Positions 9,738 through 19,035 of a stretch of 64,000 nucleotides of DNA are shown here, piece after piece. The number at the start of each line of letters is the position of its first letter. Positions within the stretch are counted from its first letter, which is position 1. The stretch lies in the IMG/VR virus record IMGVR_UViG_3300031784_000002; one strand, given 5' to 3'. The position numbers and the translations under genes were made by a program. Origin of the DNA: a virus (taxonomy: Duplodnaviria > Caudoviricetes). The notes beneath the pieces were generated by a model, which did no database searches, had not been told where the DNA came from, and worked only from the letters and a program-made list of their open reading frames with translations.

Positions 9738-10700
9738 ATGAAACTTTTTGAAAAAAATAGAGTAAGATTTACTTTTGAACTAGAAAATAACCAATTTTTA
9801 CAATTAGAGTATCAGTTACAATTGAATAGTTTGAGAGAAAAATGGGTAAATGAGGTTAAGGATTCTCTGAAAAAACCAGATGCATATCTTAACCTCAAAA
9901 TATCAAATAAAAATTATCTTCATCTAGGTGAACTAAAAGAAAAATTAAATTCTATAGTTAAGCAAATTAATGATGCTTATGGAGATGAAATTTTAGTTTC
10001 TTTCAAAGGAACAAAAAATATATGCAGAAATACATTGAATTATTTACATGAAAAATTTGAGGAGTATGGAGAATACGGAGCTGGAGATGGTGAAGGCCCG
10101 TGGTATCGTGGCCAAAAAGTTCATGATCTTTGGTTAGATTTAAATGAATGGATTCATGTGACTGAAACCGCAATGGATTCAACTCCAAGAGATTATCCAA
10201 ATTATAGTGCCTTAGTTACGGTTTATCCTCCATATCCTGGTAAAGATTTAGAAGAAACAGATAAATTATTTTTAACCGCAGAATATGCATGGGGTCATCT
10301 TTATCTTGGATATAATACCTTAGGTAAAGATTATTTGCATGTTTGGTTGGACAATGATGTTCGAGTAATTACTAATAACCAAATAAAAGTTCAGAATAAG
10401 TATAGTTCAGAAGTCTGGCTCTGTTTTCAAGAAGCTTCGTTTTTTTTAAACGAAGCTGAATCGCAGTATTACAAATGGTATAAAACCCTAAGTAAAGAAG
10501 TTCGGGATTTGATTCCTACAGATGATCTGAGTAAATTCGCTTTTGGTAGATATTATCTTGGATGCATCATAATTAATCGAGATCTTTCAAAGTTTCATCC
10601 AATTGAATATGATTGGTATACTGACAAAGATTTACAAAAGAGGTGGAATAATGAAGTTTTTTCAAAGGTTAAGGGGATAAAAAAAGTTGAGTTTTTATGA
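9738..10700 (+). CDS. Hypothetical protein (AT-rich insert)
   Basis: ORF of about 320 aa. ATAAATA at 9702-9708. No family motif recognised. Confidence 0.7.
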   Translation: MKLFEKNRVRFTFELENNQFLQLEYQLQLNSLREKWVNEVKDSLKKPDAYLNLKISNKNYLHLGELKEKLNSIVKQINDAYGDEILVSFKGTKNICRNTLNYLHEKFEEYGEYGAGDGEGPWYRGQKVHDLWLDLNEWIHVTETAMDSTPRDYPNYSALVTVYPPYPGKDLEETDKLFLTAEYAWGHLYLGYNTLGKDYLHVWLDNDVRVITNNQIKVQNKYSSEVWLCFQEASFFLNEAESQYYKWYKTLSKEVRDLIPTDDLSKFAFGRYYLGCIIINRDLSKFHPIEYDWYTDKDLQKRWNNEVFSKVKGIKKVEFL

Positions 10701-12706
10701 ATAAAGTAATTGATGAATTTGTGAAATTTTCATTGAGAAATCAATGGTATCCCACAAGTGTACCAAAATATTTTGATGTGTTTGAGTCCGATTGGCCTTT
10801 TCTGCAAATAGACTTTAAAGATGACTTTGAAAAGATGCACCAAGAGTGTATTAAAAATGATCATCTATTTGTTGGACATAGACAAAAAGATAAACACCTG
10901 AGTTATTCCCATGATGGTTGGTCGGCTTTAACTTTGCATGGCATAAGACCTGATGCTACCGAAAATTATGATCAGTATGGATTGTCTGAACCAAATTACA
11001 AATGGACAGATGCATGTAAATATTTTCCAACTTGTGTTGAGTTCTTAAAAAAATTGGGATATAAAGATTATGATAGAGTCAGAATCATGAGACTGGCTCC
11101 TGGTGGATATATTATGCCTCATTCTGATGGAGAAGGTAGAATCTTTGGTCCTTTAAATATAGCAATTAATAATCCAGAAGGGTGTAATTTTTACTTTAAA
11201 AATTGGGGAAGAGTTCCTTTTAAACAAGGAACCGGATTTTTTCTTGATATAGGTAATATTCATGCGGTTCATAACAATAGTAATGAGCCTAGATATCATT
11301 TTATAGTTCATGGGCACATTAATGATAGATTGATTCAAACTGCATTTAAACAAATTGACATGAGAGAAGAAAAAATTTGTTACGGAGTTTATAATCAAAG
11401 GCAGTCAATTAATAGTTTTTCAATGTATTTGAGAGCTAAAGGTGCGACTTTGTTTTACCTCAACCGACCTAGAAATAATGCAGAGATAATTTGTGCAGAT
11501 GAAGTACATGAAATATTGAAAGAGGCTTTGATTAAGGGGTATCGATATTGTGTAATACAATCTGCTGGATGTACTCTAAGAAGTTTTGATTACGATAGAG
11601 AAATTAGAGATTTTATAAAAGAAAATAATTTTGGAGTCGCTGGTCATATACTAGCTTGGCCTGGAAAATGGTTGGAGTTACATCCGCAGTTTTTTATAGT
11701 TAATGTTTCTGCATGGAAAGATGTTGGATGTCCAGAATTTGGGGAGTGGTGTTCTGGTAAACAATTACTACCTGTAGTAGAAAGAAGTGTTGAAAATTTT
11801 CACGATGACTACACACCTTTGTGGGTTAAGTATTCAAAAAAACAAACCATTCAATCTGAAGCAGGAAGAGGTTGGAAACTTTTAAAGGCTATGTTTTTGA
11901 ATAATTGGCCTGTAATAACATTGAGTGAAAAATTGCGATTCAATAAATTTTATTATTATCCTGAACATGAAACAGAAAAATTCGAAAACAGTATAAAAAC
12001 TTTGACTCCGTATGAGGGACAAAATTGGAATCAATCTAAAATCATATCTGATGTAAAATTAATAAAAGATCAAATTTGGTTATTTAATAGTGAATCAATG
12101 TGTATAACTAATGGGGGTAATTTTGATCTCGTTGTTAATACTGCAAGTGGATTTAAATTATTCGATATTTTTAAAAATAAAAAACTCAATAATAATGGAA
12201 AAGTTATAGTCTATGATTTTAATTCAAAAAGTTTAAGATGGTACAAACATTTTCACGGTTGGAAAAATGATGATCTAATTGATTGTATTAGAAGTTTTTC
12301 GGAAAAAGATCATTTTACTTGGATAGGTAAAACGGATTGTAATTATGTTGAGGATGAATCTTTTTCAAATTTATATAAAGAACTAATTGACCACTTTGGT
12401 GGAGTTAATAATTTTGTTAAATATTGGAAAATTTTTAAAAAAACTCAAGTCAAATTTGCGATGGTTGATTTATATAAAGATTCTGAAAAGTTCTCAAATA
12501 TTTTTGTGGGGAAAGGAAAGAAGTTTGTCAATTTGTCAAACATTTTTTCTACAGATGCCACAACATTTTTATATGGACATGTTGAAGTTCAGACTTCACA
12601 GCAAAGGTGTTTAGCTTCTTTGTATGTTGTTGATCCTGAAATACAAATTTCTATTTTTGATTTTTGGGGACGAAATTTGGTTGGTAAAGTAAAAGACATA
12701 TTGTAG
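10697..12706 (+). CDS. Aspartyl/asparaginyl beta-hydroxylase-like 2OG-Fe(II) domain fused to about 450 aa of unknown domain(s)
   Basis: RIMRLAPGGYIMPHSD (HxD) and HAVHNNSNEPRYHFIVH jelly-roll motifs in the N-terminal third. Confidence 0.75.
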   Translation: MNKVIDEFVKFSLRNQWYPTSVPKYFDVFESDWPFLQIDFKDDFEKMHQECIKNDHLFVGHRQKDKHLSYSHDGWSALTLHGIRPDATENYDQYGLSEPNYKWTDACKYFPTCVEFLKKLGYKDYDRVRIMRLAPGGYIMPHSDGEGRIFGPLNIAINNPEGCNFYFKNWGRVPFKQGTGFFLDIGNIHAVHNNSNEPRYHFIVHGHINDRLIQTAFKQIDMREEKICYGVYNQRQSINSFSMYLRAKGATLFYLNRPRNNAEIICADEVHEILKEALIKGYRYCVIQSAGCTLRSFDYDREIRDFIKENNFGVAGHILAWPGKWLELHPQFFIVNVSAWKDVGCPEFGEWCSGKQLLPVVERSVENFHDDYTPLWVKYSKKQTIQSEAGRGWKLLKAMFLNNWPVITLSEKLRFNKFYYYPEHETEKFENSIKTLTPYEGQNWNQSKIISDVKLIKDQIWLFNSESMCITNGGNFDLVVNTASGFKLFDIFKNKKLNNNGKVIVYDFNSKSLRWYKHFHGWKNDDLIDCIRSFSEKDHFTWIGKTDCNYVEDESFSNLYKELIDHFGGVNNFVKYWKIFKKTQVKFAMVDLYKDSEKFSNIFVGKGKKFVNLSNIFSTDATTFLYGHVEVQTSQQRCLASLYVVDPEIQISIFDFWGRNLVGKVKDIL

Positions 12707-12708
12707 GG

Positions 12709-12763
12709 CCAGTTTGGGAACTGTCACACCCATCTGACCATCCCCCCTTCAATGGGGTATTAT
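12709..12763 (+). promoter_or_regulatory. Second copy of the bipartite early-promoter motif
   Basis: CCAGTT (12709), N8, GTCACA (12723), N29, TATTAT (12758), upstream of cobS. Confidence 0.65.
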
Positions 12764-12790
12764 AGCTTCAGTTGAGAAACACACCACACA

Positions 12791-13924
12791 ATGCCCCGCA
12801 CCAAAATGACTGACGATCAAGTTTTTGAAGGTCTTAAATCCACTTATGGAGTTGAAATTACTTCTGGAGATGTCAAGGCTTATTGTGCGATGAATAATCT
12901 TTCTTATCCTACGGTTACTCGTCGTCTGGAAAACTTCAAAACTGCTCGTGGTCGTTGGAATCTTGAAGTGACTCAAGAACGTGTTCAGGAGATTGAACGC
13001 AATTTTAATAATGTCTCGGTTCTTCCTGAAGTGCATCAAAACCTTATTCCCGATAAAGATGATACCTTCGTCCAGTTTGGTAACTTTAAAGATATTAAGC
13101 GTATTATTCAGTCCCGTCTTTTTTACCCTACGTTTATTACGGGTCTTTCGGGTAATGGTAAAACGTTCGGTGTTGAACAAGTTTGCGCTCAACTTAAGCG
13201 TGAACTGATTCGGGTCAATATCACTATTGAAACTGACGAGGATGACCTGATTGGTGGTTTCCGTCTTGTCAATGGTGAAACTGCTTGGCACAATGGTCCC
13301 GTCGTCGAAGCTCTGGAACGCGGTGCGATTCTTTTGCTTGATGAAATTGACTTGGCTTCTAATAAGATTCTGTGTCTCCAATCTATTCTGGAAGGTAAAG
13401 GTGTCTTCCTTAAGAAGATTGGTCGCTTTGTGAAACCTGCCGCTGGTTTCAATGTGGTTGCCACTGCGAACACCAAAGGTAAGGGTTCTGATGATGGTCG
13501 CTTCATCGGCACTAACGTTCTCAATGAGGCATTCTTGGAACGTTTCCCTGTGACCTTTGAACAGGAATATCCTTCCGTAACTAATGAAGTCAAGATTCTT
13601 GAGAAAGTTGCTCAAACTTTGAATGTCAACGATCTTGAATTTTGCAAACGTCTTGCTGACTGGGCAGACATTATCCGCAAGACCTTCTACGATGGTGGTA
13701 TTGAGGAAATTATTTCTACCCGGCGTCTGGTCCATATCATCCGTGCCTATAGCATCTTCCAAGACAAGGCAAAGGCAATCCAAGTTTGTGTAAATCGTTT
13801 CGACGACGAAACCAAACAGTCCTTCCTGGAACTGTACGATAAGGTGGATGCTGACTTCCAGATGCCTAATATGTCACAGGAGAATGGTGTTCCCACTCCC
13901 GTTGACTTGAACGCTCCGTTCTGA
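12791..13924 (+). CDS. cobS: CobS-like/MoxR AAA+ ATPase
   Basis: GLSGNGKT Walker A, LLLDEID Walker B, TANTKGKG, LNEAFLERF and STRRL motifs. This is a typical cyanophage core gene. Confidence 0.9.
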   Translation: MPRTKMTDDQVFEGLKSTYGVEITSGDVKAYCAMNNLSYPTVTRRLENFKTARGRWNLEVTQERVQEIERNFNNVSVLPEVHQNLIPDKDDTFVQFGNFKDIKRIIQSRLFYPTFITGLSGNGKTFGVEQVCAQLKRELIRVNITIETDEDDLIGGFRLVNGETAWHNGPVVEALERGAILLLDEIDLASNKILCLQSILEGKGVFLKKIGRFVKPAAGFNVVATANTKGKGSDDGRFIGTNVLNEAFLERFPVTFEQEYPSVTNEVKILEKVAQTLNVNDLEFCKRLADWADIIRKTFYDGGIEEIISTRRLVHIIRAYSIFQDKAKAIQVCVNRFDDETKQSFLELYDKVDADFQMPNMSQENGVPTPVDLNAPF

Positions 13925-13930
13925 TAGAAT
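13902..13930 (+). promoter_or_regulatory. Sigma70-type promoter at the cobS 3' end
   Basis: TTGACT, 17-nt spacer, TAGAAT. Confidence 0.6.
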
Positions 13931-13934
13931 ATGG

Positions 13935-13958
13935 GGAGGTAAAAAGTGCCTCCTTTTT
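13935..13958 (+). terminator. Possible terminator after cobS
   Basis: GGAGG-N9-CCTCC followed by TTTTT. Confidence 0.45.
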
Positions 13959-13979
13959 GTTCCTTTACTATGAATTCAA

Positions 13980-14501
13980 ATGTCTGAAAACTTTGAAAGC
14001 TTTTATGAAAGTTCTATACCAAACCAAGATTTTTGGGTAGAGGATGGAATCAGTTTGACTGGTAATCCAAATTCTTCTTCTGATGCAATTCTTATTGGTT
14101 CCGGTAATATTAATCAATTCACTCTTACTGCCAATGGTGGCGGAACACTCAATCTTGAAAAAACGCCTGTTAGTATGACCGAATCAAAAAACTACCTCTG
14201 GAAATACAATGAAGATAAAATCCTTAAAGATGTTGAGGATTATGTGACTAGTACTTATGGTAGCCACTATTGTGGACACAACCACGCCTACAAAGATATT
14301 CAGACTATTGATTTGATGGCTGCAAAGGATCTTGCTCCTGGATTTTGTCAGGCGAATATCCTAAAATATGGAAGTCGTTATGGTGATAAAGATGGTCGTA
14401 ACAAACGCGATCTTCTTAAAGTAATTCACTACGCAATGCTTCTACTCCACTTTGACGGTCATTATTCTCGCAAAGATAATGGCCTTACAGAATTCCGTTG
14501 A
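13980..14501 (+). CDS. Conserved hypothetical protein (DUF3310/SaV-like C-terminal domain)
   Basis: TYGSHY...ANILKYGSRYGDKDG...DLLKVIHYAMLL pattern. Usual position before gp45. Confidence 0.7.
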   Translation: MSENFESFYESSIPNQDFWVEDGISLTGNPNSSSDAILIGSGNINQFTLTANGGGTLNLEKTPVSMTESKNYLWKYNEDKILKDVEDYVTSTYGSHYCGHNHAYKDIQTIDLMAAKDLAPGFCQANILKYGSRYGDKDGRNKRDLLKVIHYAMLLLHFDGHYSRKDNGLTEFR

Positions 14502-14503
14502 TC

Positions 14504-15193
14504 ATGAAACTCAAAAATACATCTATGAAACTCTCTGAAAAAACCCTCTCTCTTCTCAAGAACTTCTCTGGTATCAACCAGTCTATTCTCTTCAAGAAGG
14601 GAACCAAACTCCGCACCATTTCTGTGATGAAGAATATTCTCGCAGAAGTTGAAGTAGAGGAAGAGTTTGAAAAAGACTTTGGTATTTACGATCTAAACCA
14701 GTTCCTAAATGCAATGTCTCTCTATCAAAATCCCCAACTGAAGTTTGCTAACGACAGTTATGTGACTATCAATGAGGGTAATGCACGATCCAAGTATTTC
14801 TTTGCAGATCCTGCTGTGATTGTGACTCCTCCCGAAAAGTCCATTACACTCCCGTCTGAGGATGTTTGTTTTGAGGTAAATACTCAACAACTAGATAAAC
14901 TCCTCAAGGCTGCAGCAGTCTATGGTGTCCCTGACCTTTCTGTGGTTGGTGAGGCTGGTGTTGTTAAGCTTGTTGTTCGTGACAAAAAGAATGATACTTC
15001 TAATGAGTATTCTCTTGTTGTTGGTGAGACTACTGGAACTTTTGTTCTTAACTTCAAAGTTGAGAATATTAAAATTCTCCCTGGTTCTTATGAGGTTGTG
15101 ATCTCCAAGAAACTTCTTTCTCGTTTCCAGTCAGAAGATAAGAATCTTACATATTACATTGCTTTGGAACCAGACTCAACCTATGATGAGTGA
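14504..15193 (+). CDS. gp45: Sliding clamp gp45
   Basis: MKLSEKTLSLLKNFSGINQSILF...FGIYDLNQFL...YYIALE. Confidence 0.93.
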   Translation: MKLKNTSMKLSEKTLSLLKNFSGINQSILFKKGTKLRTISVMKNILAEVEVEEEFEKDFGIYDLNQFLNAMSLYQNPQLKFANDSYVTINEGNARSKYFFADPAVIVTPPEKSITLPSEDVCFEVNTQQLDKLLKAAAVYGVPDLSVVGEAGVVKLVVRDKKNDTSNEYSLVVGETTGTFVLNFKVENIKILPGSYEVVISKKLLSRFQSEDKNLTYYIALEPDSTYDE

Positions 15194-15210
15194 GGTAACT
15201 CACCTATATT

Positions 15211-15723
15211 ATGAACATCTTTGTGACTTCTCCCTGGCCCGCTGAAAGTGCCGTATGTCTCCCCGATAAACATATTGTCAAGATGCCTTTGGAGTGCTGT
15301 CAAATGCTCTCCATTGTTGCTTCTGAAAAGTGGGGTCATAACTACGGCACTCTGCCTAAGACTGACGGCACTCCCTACAGAACTGAAAAGGGTGCGTTTC
15401 GTAATCATCCCTGTACCAGGTGGGCAATGGATAGTATCCACAATGCCTATTGGTTGATTAAGTGGGGAATGAACTTGTGTGATGAGTACCAACTACGCTA
15501 TAATAAAACTCACTCCTGTTACAAGACTCTTGTAGATGCTTACTATCTTTTCCCTAAAGGAAAGATCACAGAAGTGACTCCATTCGCTCGAGCGATGCCA
15601 GAAGAATGGAAATTTGATGATAGTATTGATACCTTTACTGCTTATAAAAGGTACATTGCTTCAAAACCTTGGGTATCGGACAACTACCTCCGTATGCCTG
15701 AACGTAAACCCGATTGGATTTGA
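15211..15723 (+). CDS. denV: Pyrimidine-dimer DNA glycosylase (DenV/EndoV-like family)
   Basis: MNIF...DKHIVKMPLECCQML, HPCTRW and EY..RY.K.H motifs. Confidence 0.7.
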   Translation: MNIFVTSPWPAESAVCLPDKHIVKMPLECCQMLSIVASEKWGHNYGTLPKTDGTPYRTEKGAFRNHPCTRWAMDSIHNAYWLIKWGMNLCDEYQLRYNKTHSCYKTLVDAYYLFPKGKITEVTPFARAMPEEWKFDDSIDTFTAYKRYIASKPWVSDNYLRMPERKPDWI

Positions 15724-15725
15724 TT

Positions 15726-16676
15726 ATGAGTCGTGATGAATTTCTGTGGGTAGAGAAATACCGCCCACGCAAGATTGAAGATTGTATTCTCCCAGATGCT
15801 AACAAGAAGACATTTTTGGAGTTTCTAAATAACAAAGAAATTCCGAACCTGATGCTTGCTGGCCCTGCAGGGTGCGGAAAAACTACAGTTGCAAAAGCTC
15901 TGTGTGAAGAACTAGGAGTAGATTACTATGTTATTAATGGATCTGACGAAGGACGATTTCTGGACACGGTACGGAACCAGGCAAAGAACTTTGCTTCGAC
16001 CGTCTCACTTTCTGCGGGTGATGCAAAACACAAAGTCATCATCATTGATGAGGCTGACAACACAACCCACGATGTACAACTCCTTCTGCGGGCTAATATT
16101 GAGGCGTTTTATAACAACTGTCGATTCATCTTCACTTGCAACTACAAGAACAAGATCATCGAACCCCTACACTCTCGATGTGCAGTCGTTGAGTTCAGTA
16201 TCAAAGGGAAAGAAAAAGCCCAGTTGGCAGGATCCTTCTTCAAGCGTCTACAGAACATCCTGGATGCGGAAGGTGTACAATACGATCCTAAAGTCCTTGC
16301 AGAACTCATCAACAAACATTTCCCCGACTGGCGACGAGTCCTAAACGAATGTCAGAGGTATTCTGCTGGTGGTAAAGTTGACTCTGCAATTCTTGCTGAA
16401 TTTTCTGATGTAAATGTAAATGAACTTATCAAGAATCTCAAAACTAAAAACTTTACTGAAGTCCGAAAGTGGGTGGTCGGGAACCTGGACAACGATGCTT
16501 CTGGTTTACTTCGCAGGGTTTATGACGCCTCTTTTGATCATTTTTCACCTTCATCTATCCCTGCTGCCGTTCTTATTATTGCTAAGTATCAATACCAATG
16601 TGCGTTCGTGGCTGACCAGGAAGTAAATCTTCTTGCAGCATTAACTGAAATTATGTGTGAGGTTGAATTCAAATGA
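15726..16676 (+). CDS. gp44: Clamp loader large subunit gp44
   Basis: LWVEKYRP, GPAGCGKTT, IIDEAD, SRC and FPDWRR motifs. Confidence 0.95.
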   Translation: MSRDEFLWVEKYRPRKIEDCILPDANKKTFLEFLNNKEIPNLMLAGPAGCGKTTVAKALCEELGVDYYVINGSDEGRFLDTVRNQAKNFASTVSLSAGDAKHKVIIIDEADNTTHDVQLLLRANIEAFYNNCRFIFTCNYKNKIIEPLHSRCAVVEFSIKGKEKAQLAGSFFKRLQNILDAEGVQYDPKVLAELINKHFPDWRRVLNECQRYSAGGKVDSAILAEFSDVNVNELIKNLKTKNFTEVRKWVVGNLDNDASGLLRRVYDASFDHFSPSSIPAAVLIIAKYQYQCAFVADQEVNLLAALTEIMCEVEFK

Positions 16677-16969
16677 TTGATGTAAAACTATTTCGTATTG
16701 CAACTGGTGAAGAAGTTGTCGCTGAGTTGGTATCTCAGGATGATAACTTTGTAACAGTAAAAAATGGCCTGGTTGTTCTTCCTAGTCCGGATGGTCGTGT
16801 GGGATTTGCTCCATGGGCTTCCGTAATTGATAAAACAATTCCCGATCTTATTATTGCTAAAAATCATATTGTTTATATTGCAGAAGTTGATCCACAAGTC
16901 AAAAACAAGTATAATGAAATTTATGGGAGTAAACTAGTAACTCCTGGTGAAAAGAAATTGATTCTCTGA
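16673..16969 (+). CDS. Conserved Sm-like hypothetical protein
   Basis: VKLFRIATGEEVVAEL...GFAPW pattern. Confidence 0.7.
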   Translation: MIDVKLFRIATGEEVVAELVSQDDNFVTVKNGLVVLPSPDGRVGFAPWASVIDKTIPDLIIAKNHIVYIAEVDPQVKNKYNEIYGSKLVTPGEKKLIL

Positions 16970-16970
16970 T

Positions 16971-18092
16971 ATGCAATTAGAACTTGATGATGCTGTTTAC
17001 GCAGCCGATAAATTCATTGATTACTTTTCTAACATGGGAAGGATTGATGAATATCTGCGTAACATTAAACTTGAACGAATGGAACAAATGCCTTCATCCA
17101 TTCTTGGGATTGGTCCTGAGGATGATATGTTTGATGCATTTGACATGCACCCACAGGACATGAACTTTAAAGTTTATACTGCGGGGGAGAGGGGTGGATT
17201 TACAAATGAATATTTTAATGAGAGGTTGCAGATTACTACCTCTCACGCGATTGAGGATAGTATTCCTGGTAAGTCTCTGAAGTGGATTGTACAAGAAACT
17301 AACACACAGAAGATTGTTGGTTTCTGTCGGTTTGGTTCTCCCACAATCAACTCTAAACCTCGCAATGATTGGCTTGGACAAACTCCCCAGTTGTCTAGGT
17401 TTAATCGTCATGCAATCATGGGATTCATTATTGTCCCAACCCAACCTTTTGGTTTCAACTATCTGGGAGGTAAACTCCTTGCACTTCTTTGTTGTTCTCA
17501 TACTGCTCGTGAGACGTTAAATAAGAAGTATGGATCAGATATTTGTTCTTTTGAGACCACTTCTCTTTATGGTTCCACTAAGGCCTCATCTCAGTATGAT
17601 GGTCTGAAACCTTATATGAGGTATAAGGGTCTAACTCAAAGTGATTTTACTCCTCTGCTCCATGACGAGATCTTTCAGGACTTAAACAAATGGTTTATTC
17701 AGAGGAACGACAATCAATCTCTGGTGAAGGAGGACGCATCCAGTCGGAAACTCAAGACACAACAAAAGATGATCTCAATCATCAAGAAAAGCTTACCTTC
17801 TCAAAAGGTTGTGGAGTTCCAGACTGCGATTGCAAATGCAAAAAATCTGACTGAACAGAAGAGATTTTATATTTCAGATTATGGTTTTGAGAATGCTCGT
17901 GAAGTCATTCTTGGACAAGATGAAGTTCTGCGTCCTGGTCAAAACTATGACAAGTTTCACTTTGACCATCTTGTGAACTGGTGGAAGAAAAAGGCTTCTA
18001 ATCGTTATGAAAATTTGAAGTCCGAAGGTCGTCTTCGTACTGAACTTGAGACTTGGAACAAGAACCCCGAATCGATTGATATTATCCGATGA
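16971..18092 (+). CDS. Conserved protein with similarity to the DUF4338/Druantia DruA family
   Basis: VPTQPFGFNYLGGKLLALL and ETTSLYG..K.SQY motifs, recognised by eye. Confidence 0.6.
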   Translation: MQLELDDAVYAADKFIDYFSNMGRIDEYLRNIKLERMEQMPSSILGIGPEDDMFDAFDMHPQDMNFKVYTAGERGGFTNEYFNERLQITTSHAIEDSIPGKSLKWIVQETNTQKIVGFCRFGSPTINSKPRNDWLGQTPQLSRFNRHAIMGFIIVPTQPFGFNYLGGKLLALLCCSHTARETLNKKYGSDICSFETTSLYGSTKASSQYDGLKPYMRYKGLTQSDFTPLLHDEIFQDLNKWFIQRNDNQSLVKEDASSRKLKTQQKMISIIKKSLPSQKVVEFQTAIANAKNLTEQKRFYISDYGFENAREVILGQDEVLRPGQNYDKFHFDHLVNWWKKKASNRYENLKSEGRLRTELETWNKNPESIDIIR

Positions 18093-18478
18093 GTTACGAA
18101 CTAAAAGATTATCTCAACTCCATCAACTTCGCAAAGGATTATTTGATGGATGATGGAGATCCTCAGTGGGAGAAGAAGTATCCGGCATTTGTCGTCAACA
18201 AATGTATGTCAGGTCACATTGATACGATCATGTTTGCAAATGAGATGAACATGAACCATCAATTACCTTCAAGACTTCAATATGATTTTTTACTAAATAG
18301 TGTCAGGAAACGGAAAAGATTTTCTCCGTGGCTTAAAAAAGAGAAGATTCAAGATCTTGATGCAGTCAAATCATACTATGGTTATAGTAATGAAAAGGCC
18401 CAACAAGCACTGAAAATTCTAACAAAAGACCAAATTAATTATATTAAATCTAAACTTGATGTTGGAGGCAAAAGATGA
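18089..18478 (+). CDS. gp62: Clamp loader small subunit gp62
   Basis: YPAFVVNKCMS...ANEMN...QYDFLLNSVRKRKRFSPW...YYGYSNEKA. Confidence 0.9.
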   Translation: MSYELKDYLNSINFAKDYLMDDGDPQWEKKYPAFVVNKCMSGHIDTIMFANEMNMNHQLPSRLQYDFLLNSVRKRKRFSPWLKKEKIQDLDAVKSYYGYSNEKAQQALKILTKDQINYIKSKLDVGGKR

Positions 18479-18906
18479 GTACCTTTGTTGAACCAGAAGT
18501 CAATTGGTCACAAGACCAAATGGTGGAAGTGGTTCTGAATGAACCAGACGATTTTCTAAAAGTCCGTGAGACACTCACTCGTATCGGTGTTGCCTCTCGT
18601 AAGGAAAAGAAAATCTACCAGTCCTGTCATATTCTTCATAAACAGGGACGCTACTATATCGTTCATTTTAAAGAGTTGTTTGCACTTGACGGCAAACATG
18701 CAAATCTTACTGTGAATGATGTACAAAGACGTAACAGGATTATTAATCTAATTTCTGATTGGGGATTAGTCACTATTATTAAACCAGATTCCGTAACAGA
18801 TGTTGCACCTTTGAATCAAATTAAAGTTCTTTCCTATAAGGATAAGGGTGATTGGGTTCTTGAGAGTAAGTATAATATCGGTAAGAAAAAGAAACCGGAA
18901 GCCTAA
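18475..18906 (+). CDS. regA: RegA translational repressor
   Basis: DDFLKVRETLTRIGVAS...QSCHILHKQGRYYIVHFKELFALDG. Confidence 0.95.
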   Translation: MSTFVEPEVNWSQDQMVEVVLNEPDDFLKVRETLTRIGVASRKEKKIYQSCHILHKQGRYYIVHFKELFALDGKHANLTVNDVQRRNRIINLISDWGLVTIIKPDSVTDVAPLNQIKVLSYKDKGDWVLESKYNIGKKKKPEA

Positions 18907-18925
18907 GTTTTTCGGTATACCACAC

Positions 18926-18960
18926 AAAAGAGGATCGGTTTTGCACCCCTCCTCTTTTTT
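18926..18960 (+). terminator. Terminator-like hairpin after regA
   Basis: AAAAGAGGA...TCCTCTTTTTT inverted repeat. Confidence 0.6.
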
Positions 18961-18981
18961 AATGTCTTGATATATAATAAG

Positions 18982-19035
18982 TGCGGAGTCTTCGGATCCG
19001 CAATTTAATCTAACAGACGCTTAAGGAGGTCTATC
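18982..19035 (+). promoter_or_regulatory. Structured hsp20 5' leader (candidate RNA thermometer)
   Basis: A cUUCGg-capped hairpin (18982-19002), then an imperfect AGAC...GTCT stem (19015-19032) enclosing the AAGGAGG SD. Confidence 0.5.

Noticed and set aside
12749-13783. 344-aa minus-strand ORF
   Set aside because: Antisense shadow of cobS. It has no motifs, and the sense codon bias explains the lack of stops.
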